Below are positions 5,959-10,268 of a DNA stretch of 10,268 nt, piece after piece. How positions within the stretch are numbered: position 1 is the first letter of the stretch; the number at the start of each line of letters is the position of its first letter. The position numbers were made by a program, and so were the translations under genes. The DNA lies in the NCBI GenBank assembly GCA_048885865.1, contig JBHLLF010000019.1, positions 52,739-63,006 on the forward strand. Reading direction: 5' to 3'. This stretch comes from Candidatus Hermodarchaeota archaeon. GTDB lineage: Archaea; Asgardarchaeota; Thorarchaeia; Thorarchaeales; Thorarchaeaceae. Under the pieces are notes generated by a model. The model worked only from the letters and a program-made list of their open reading frames with translations. It did no database searches and had not been told where the DNA came from.

Positions 5959-8673
5959 GTGCTGAAGTTAATGACAGATACACCTTACATACTTCGACTC
6001 TCCGATATTCAAGACGACTATGTCGTCGGAGGAAAAGCTGCTAGCCTGGCTCGGCTAATCAGCAGAGGTATGAATGTGCCAAATGGATTTGTGATAACTA
6101 TCAAGGGGCACTCTGTCCTAATGGCTGAAGGAAATCTTGGAGATGCAATTAATGACAATCTCAGCAAAGTAGACTATGACAACCCTCAGACAATCGAAAG
6201 CGTTGCCAAGAGTATTGAGGACTTGATTCTAAATCGAAGCATACCAAACAAGCTGCTTGAGGCTCTAGAACTAGCATATTCTAAAATAGGGGAAGGGCCT
6301 GTAGCAGTACGATCATCAGCGACCGCCGAGGATCTACCAGAAGCCTCCTTTGCGGGGCAATATGAAACATACCTGAATGTGCAAGGATTCGAGGACCTCA
6401 TCCAGCACATTCGCAAATGCTATGCCTCTCTGTGGTCTGGGCGTGCAATATCCTATCGACACACCAATAGCATCTCAGAGGGTGAGGTTCTGCTAGCCAT
6501 TCTAGTTCAGGCATTGGTTCCAGCCAAGGCTGCAGGAGTCATGTTCACTCGTAGCCCAACTGGTGAAGAAGAGATTGCAATTGAGTCCAATTTTGGCCTC
6601 GGTGAGTCGGTTGTAGATGGTTCCGCAGTGCCTGACAGATATATTGTGTCGCGAACGCCGGAAGGCAATCATTTCGTTGTATCAAAAGAAATCGGAACCA
6701 AGGAAGTAATTATCCAGAAAAATGCTAGTCAGGGAGGAACCGTCGTTTCAAAGATATCACCTGAGATGAGTGAGAAGGCATCACTTGAAGACATGGACGT
6801 CTTGAGATTGGCCAAGATGGGAATTGAGATTGAGAGAATCTTTGGAGCCCCACAGGATGTTGAATGGGCTATTGATGAATCTGACGTAATTCATATTCTA
6901 CAGTCAAGACCCATTACCACAATTGAAAAGAAAGAGGAAGCGGATGAGATTGTCTGGTCTAGAGGCTACTCAGATGATTACTGGAATGACAACGTCACCC
7001 CTCTATTTTATGACCTACTTGGCGATCAAATAAAGCACATTGTGAACGTTGAACTTAATGACATAATGGGCTATCAGAAGATGCCTGATGATGTACTGAA
7101 GCTATACAGAGCACATGCCTACTTCAACTTAGGTGTCATCCGCACAAAGGTTGTCAACGAGATTCCTCCATTCATTCGAACTGACCATTTGCTCAACTTC
7201 TTTCCAGAGGGAGGAGGTCCATATGGCAAAGAAACAATGCGCGAGCTGCCATTTGCTCTAAGGAATAGAATCCTTGCAGAGATTAGAGTAATGTTGTTCG
7301 ATCCGGATGGTAGTATGACTAGGACTGACGATGCATATAGAGAATGGACTGATGAAACATTCCTTCCATACCTTGAAGAGTTTGATAAGAAGCTGCAGAA
7401 GTTGACAGGCACCGGAAACCTCGGGAAGCTCATGGACCTAGCAGATGATATTGACAAAGTGATGATGCATCACTTCAGATTAATCAGATACGGTCTTCCA
7501 GTCCACAATCTAGGTATGAATCTGATTACTCAATACCTTCTGAGGACATTTCTCGGGGAGGACGAAGCAGTGACATACTACCCGCTCCTTATTTCAGCTC
7601 TTGAGCATAAAACAACACAAACAAACAGGAGATTGAATGAGCTCGCTGAAAGAGCACGAAACTTCCCGCTCATAGCAGACATCATCACTTCAATCGAATC
7701 TCCTTCAATCCTCCAAGCCTTGAAGTCCCACAGTGATGCTGAGGTTGGTGCATTCCTTGATGAATTCATGGACTTCCTTAATGAGTTTGGAGTCAGAGGT
7801 TACACTCGGGAGTTGCTTTATCCAAGGTGGGGAGAGAGTCCAGAACTAGTCTTCGACATCTTGAAGCCTCTTATATCTGAAGCAGGAAAGGACGTCAAGA
7901 CAGCAGAGAGAGAAGCTTTGCAACGGAAAATCCAGGCTGAAGCGGCAGTCGAAGAAGGCATTCGGTCTCAACGCTTTGGAGGAATAAAGTGGGGAATATT
8001 CTCTGCGATTCTTGGTTTGGCTCAGAAGTACACATGCTTTAGAGAAGACCAACGCTTCAATCTAGATAGGTGGATAACCAGAAATCGCGCCTTGTTTCTG
8101 GAGATTGGGAGTCATCTAAAGGAGGCAGGCACACTCAGCGACGCTTCACGCATTTTCTTTCTTCACAGAAAGGAGCTAAAGAAACTGATTCGGGGAAACC
8201 TCAGTGTTGAAAAAGTTGCAGCGCTATCCAGGTTATCAGAGGAACGCTATCTCGACTTCAAAAAGAATGAAGATGTCACACCTCCGAAGTTTCTATGCGG
8301 TTCCCGAGCCTATAATGATCCATTGCCACTGACCGAAAGCGATTCCTTGCTAGTAGGCATTCCCGCAAGCCAAGGAAAGGTTTCAGGGAGAGTAAGAGTC
8401 CTTAGGACAATTCATGAGATCTCCAATGTTCGTGCTGGCGATATCCTAGTAGTGCCTCGTACTGATCCGGGATGGACCCCAGTTTTTTCTAGGATTGCAG
8501 GATTGATAACTGAAACCGGAGGCATTCTGTCTCATGGGGCAGTGGTTTCACGTGAGTATGGGATTCCCGCTGTGACCAATATTCGGAATGCTTGTGACTT
8601 GCTAAAGACAGGTGAGCTAGTATCGATAGATGGTAATAAGGGAACAGCAGTGATACACGGTCCAGAGGATTGA
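5959..8673 (+). CDS. PEP-utilizer/PPDK-family phosphotransferase of RPH/PigC/YvkC architecture (ATP-grasp, substrate-binding, C-terminal His swivel)
   Basis: N-terminal ATP-grasp motifs (VGGKA, AVRSSATAEDLPEASFAGQYET, AGVMFT, GLGESVVDG, DVEWA, ILQSRPIT), a ~470-aa helical middle, and a C-terminal swivel (TDPGWTP, GGILSHGAVVSREYGIPAV; His859 at nt 8533-8535). No PEP/pyruvate TIM barrel, so this is not canonical PpsA. Start is GTG 5959 or ATG 5971. Confidence 0.9.
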   Translation: MLKLMTDTPYILRLSDIQDDYVVGGKAASLARLISRGMNVPNGFVITIKGHSVLMAEGNLGDAINDNLSKVDYDNPQTIESVAKSIEDLILNRSIPNKLLEALELAYSKIGEGPVAVRSSATAEDLPEASFAGQYETYLNVQGFEDLIQHIRKCYASLWSGRAISYRHTNSISEGEVLLAILVQALVPAKAAGVMFTRSPTGEEEIAIESNFGLGESVVDGSAVPDRYIVSRTPEGNHFVVSKEIGTKEVIIQKNASQGGTVVSKISPEMSEKASLEDMDVLRLAKMGIEIERIFGAPQDVEWAIDESDVIHILQSRPITTIEKKEEADEIVWSRGYSDDYWNDNVTPLFYDLLGDQIKHIVNVELNDIMGYQKMPDDVLKLYRAHAYFNLGVIRTKVVNEIPPFIRTDHLLNFFPEGGGPYGKETMRELPFALRNRILAEIRVMLFDPDGSMTRTDDAYREWTDETFLPYLEEFDKKLQKLTGTGNLGKLMDLADDIDKVMMHHFRLIRYGLPVHNLGMNLITQYLLRTFLGEDEAVTYYPLLISALEHKTTQTNRRLNELAERARNFPLIADIITSIESPSILQALKSHSDAEVGAFLDEFMDFLNEFGVRGYTRELLYPRWGESPELVFDILKPLISEAGKDVKTAEREALQRKIQAEAAVEEGIRSQRFGGIKWGIFSAILGLAQKYTCFREDQRFNLDRWITRNRALFLEIGSHLKEAGTLSDASRIFFLHRKELKKLIRGNLSVEKVAALSRLSEERYLDFKKNEDVTPPKFLCGSRAYNDPLPLTESDSLLVGIPASQGKVSGRVRVLRTIHEISNVRAGDILVVPRTDPGWTPVFSRIAGLITETGGILSHGAVVSREYGIPAVTNIRNACDLLKTGELVSIDGNKGTAVIHGPED

Positions 8674-9641
8674 ATTTCATGGAACAATTGACGCACAGAC
8701 CTAGTTCCCCCAATTTGGAATGGAACGAGTCATACTATTTTGCCTTCTACGACAAGAATCAGAAGTTCGGAGGCATGAGCAGAGTCGGATTCAAGCCCAA
8801 TAAGAAGGAAGGAATGACTTTTCTCTTCATGTTTCTTCCAGATGGATCTGCTGCAGCCTTTCATGCAAAGGACGATGGAGGCTCGTATCCAGAATCTCTA
8901 AGAGTTGAGGGGATGAGCCATCGCCCCATAAAGAGTGATGTTTGGTGCTACAGGTTTGATGGCCCATTAGTAATTGTAGAGGATCCGGAAACTCTGCCGA
9001 GGGTACGTGAAGAGCCTGAGCTGATATCTGATATGCAAGATGCTGAGATGGATCTTTACCTCTATGCAATTAATGAGCCCTATGAATACAGTGAGCATAT
9101 GACTCCAGAATCCTTGGAAATGGGAAAGAAATCTGGAGATATGCATTGGGAGCAAATTGGAGAGGTCAGAGGGACAGTACGAATCGGTGAGATAATCTAC
9201 GAAATCGATGGGGCTATGGGACAGAGAGACCACACTCATGGCATTCGTGATTGGACTGGCATTGGAAACTGGTTTTACTTCGTCATCTGGTTTGATGAAC
9301 ATCTTTGTGTAAATCCAGCCGCCATAGTAGGAGAGAACGGAAAGCTTGGTTCAGGGGGATTCCTGTTCAAGGATGGACAGAACATACCTATTCTCCAGAT
9401 TCGACTATTGAATCATGAATTTCGGGATGACGGTCTATTCCCCGTGAGAACAGAAATGGAACTAATGGACGTGAATGGGATCAGACATACGTTGTATGCT
9501 GAACCTGGCCCTATCATCCCGGTACCCTTCGAGGACCATCAAGGAAGACAATCAGTACTGGTCCAGTCTTTTGGCAATTTCACCTTGGATGGGAGAGAGG
9601 GCGGCTATGGGACTTATGAAACTCTGAGGAAAGGAGAGTAA
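8670..9641 (+). CDS. Uncharacterised beta-rich protein, probable tocopherol-cyclase/CrtC/AttH-like fold
   Basis: Motifs WNESYYFAFYD, SRVGFKPN, HWEQIGEVRGTVRIG and GQRDHTHGIRDW. The TTG overlaps the upstream TGA (TTGA 8670-8673); the alternative is ATG 8679 with GAGGA at 8665-8669. Confidence 0.75.
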   Translation: MNFMEQLTHRPSSPNLEWNESYYFAFYDKNQKFGGMSRVGFKPNKKEGMTFLFMFLPDGSAAAFHAKDDGGSYPESLRVEGMSHRPIKSDVWCYRFDGPLVIVEDPETLPRVREEPELISDMQDAEMDLYLYAINEPYEYSEHMTPESLEMGKKSGDMHWEQIGEVRGTVRIGEIIYEIDGAMGQRDHTHGIRDWTGIGNWFYFVIWFDEHLCVNPAAIVGENGKLGSGGFLFKDGQNIPILQIRLLNHEFRDDGLFPVRTEMELMDVNGIRHTLYAEPGPIIPVPFEDHQGRQSVLVQSFGNFTLDGREGGYGTYETLRKGE

Positions 9642-9720
9642 TGCGTGACAAGAGTGGAACCGCGTAATAGTGACTCATATTAACATGTAGAGATTAAACA
9701 GAGAGGAGAGGATTTAGCGT

Positions 9721-10268
9721 ATGTTCGACCTTATCCAAGAAGGTGAAACTGGGCCGAGCTTAGCGCCAAGAACAATGGTCTATGTCATTGTGAATGGAGA
9801 AACAGAATTAGACAAGATTGACAGATTAACTGCTCGAGGCAAGAATCAGGTTGTGGAGCTTGCCAGATCTCGAGTTGCAACAGGAATCCAGATAATCTAT
9901 TCTGCTGCAAATGGCGCTGTAAGAGAAACCGCAAAAATCCTCAGTGATGAGTTCAGCATCGATGCTAAGAAGAAAGATTGCTTTGAAGATATTAAGCTAG
10001 GCAAGGGAAACCCAAATTCACAGGTCCTAGCTGAAACCTTGCCAGACCTTTGGAATGACATTGACCATGCACCAGAAAATGGCGAGTCACTCATGATGGC
10101 CCGAAAGAGGCTGGCTGAATGCGTGAAAGGACTAATCGGTAGGCATCGAGGAAACAGCATTGCTTTAATTCTAAATCCTACAATGGCCGTTCTATTTCAT
10201 ACGCTAGTCGTAGGTGGCGACCCGAATTTGGATGATTGGCTCGAAACTGGACATGCTTCATGTGCAGC
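9721..10268 (+). CDS. 3'-truncated histidine phosphatase (PGM-like) fold protein lacking catalytic residues; absent from the ORF track
   Basis: ATG 9721 with GAGGAGAGGA just upstream; the frame is open to the window end. My translation: MFDLIQEGETGPSLAPRTMVYVIVNGETELDKIDRLTARGKNQVVELARSRVATGIQIIYSAANGAVRETAKILSDEFSIDAKKKDCFEDIKLG...PENGESLMMARKRLAECVKGLIGRHRGNSIALILNP...GHASCA. Scaffold motifs GET, LT..G..Q, IYS, ETA and GES are retained. Confidence 0.85.
   Translation, partial: MFDLIQEGETGPSLAPRTMVYVIVNGETELDKIDRLTARGKNQVVELARSRVATGIQIIYSAANGAVRETAKILSDEFSIDAKKKDCFEDIKLGKGNPNSQVLAETLPDLWNDIDHAPENGESLMMARKRLAECVKGLIGRHRGNSIALILNPTMAVLFHTLVVGGDPNLDDWLETGHASCA

Noticed and set aside
5941-6044. 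GAGGA + ATG 5949 opening a short out-of-frame ORF (leader peptide or frameshift)
   Set aside because: SD spacing is only 3 nt, the peptide is unremarkable, and the main frame has its own plausible starts (5959, 5971).
5959-8673. Annotation as ppsA or as a true rifampin-resistance gene (rph)
   Set aside because: No C-terminal PEP/pyruvate barrel, so not PpsA. The substrate domain cannot be assigned to rifamycins by eye, so no gene symbol was given.
1045-9302. Other short ORFs (61-119 aa) overlapping the main genes
   Set aside because: All lie within or largely overlap better-supported CDSs and show no recognisable protein features.
9897-10160. 87-aa minus-strand ORF in the track
   Set aside because: Antisense to the real plus-strand phosphatase-fold CDS starting at 9721.
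1-10268. tRNA/rRNA, CRISPR array, IS elements
   Set aside because: Intergenic gaps are short (<=240 nt), and no cloverleaf, spaced direct repeats, transposase or terminal inverted repeats were seen.

Overview
Archaeal-style gene-dense window with GAGGTG/GGAGGA Shine-Dalgarno sites and TATA-like boxes. The protein content points to an Asgard archaeon, possibly Thorarchaeia (inference, not verified). It holds ten CDSs, two truncated by the window edges: (1) the C-terminus of a protein ending in a probable adaptin/coatomer appendage 'platform' domain; (2) an unknown polytopic membrane protein; (3) an EamA/DMT transporter; (4) an Eis-like GNAT acetyltransferase; (5) a tandem PRC-barrel protein; (6) a small, divergent gelsolin-like protein; (7) a C4HC3 RING/PHD-like plus zinc-ribbon protein; (8) an RPH/PigC/YvkC-type PEP-utilizer-family phosphotransferase that lacks the PEP/pyruvate barrel; (9) a translationally coupled tocopherol-cyclase/CrtC-like beta protein; (10) a histidine-phosphatase-fold protein, missing from the ORF track, whose catalytic residues are all replaced. 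The most interesting signals are the dikinase-like + cyclase-like (+ pseudo-phosphatase) module and three candidate eukaryotic-signature proteins. No RNA genes, CRISPR arrays or mobile elements were seen. All family calls come from reading motifs by eye, not from database searches.
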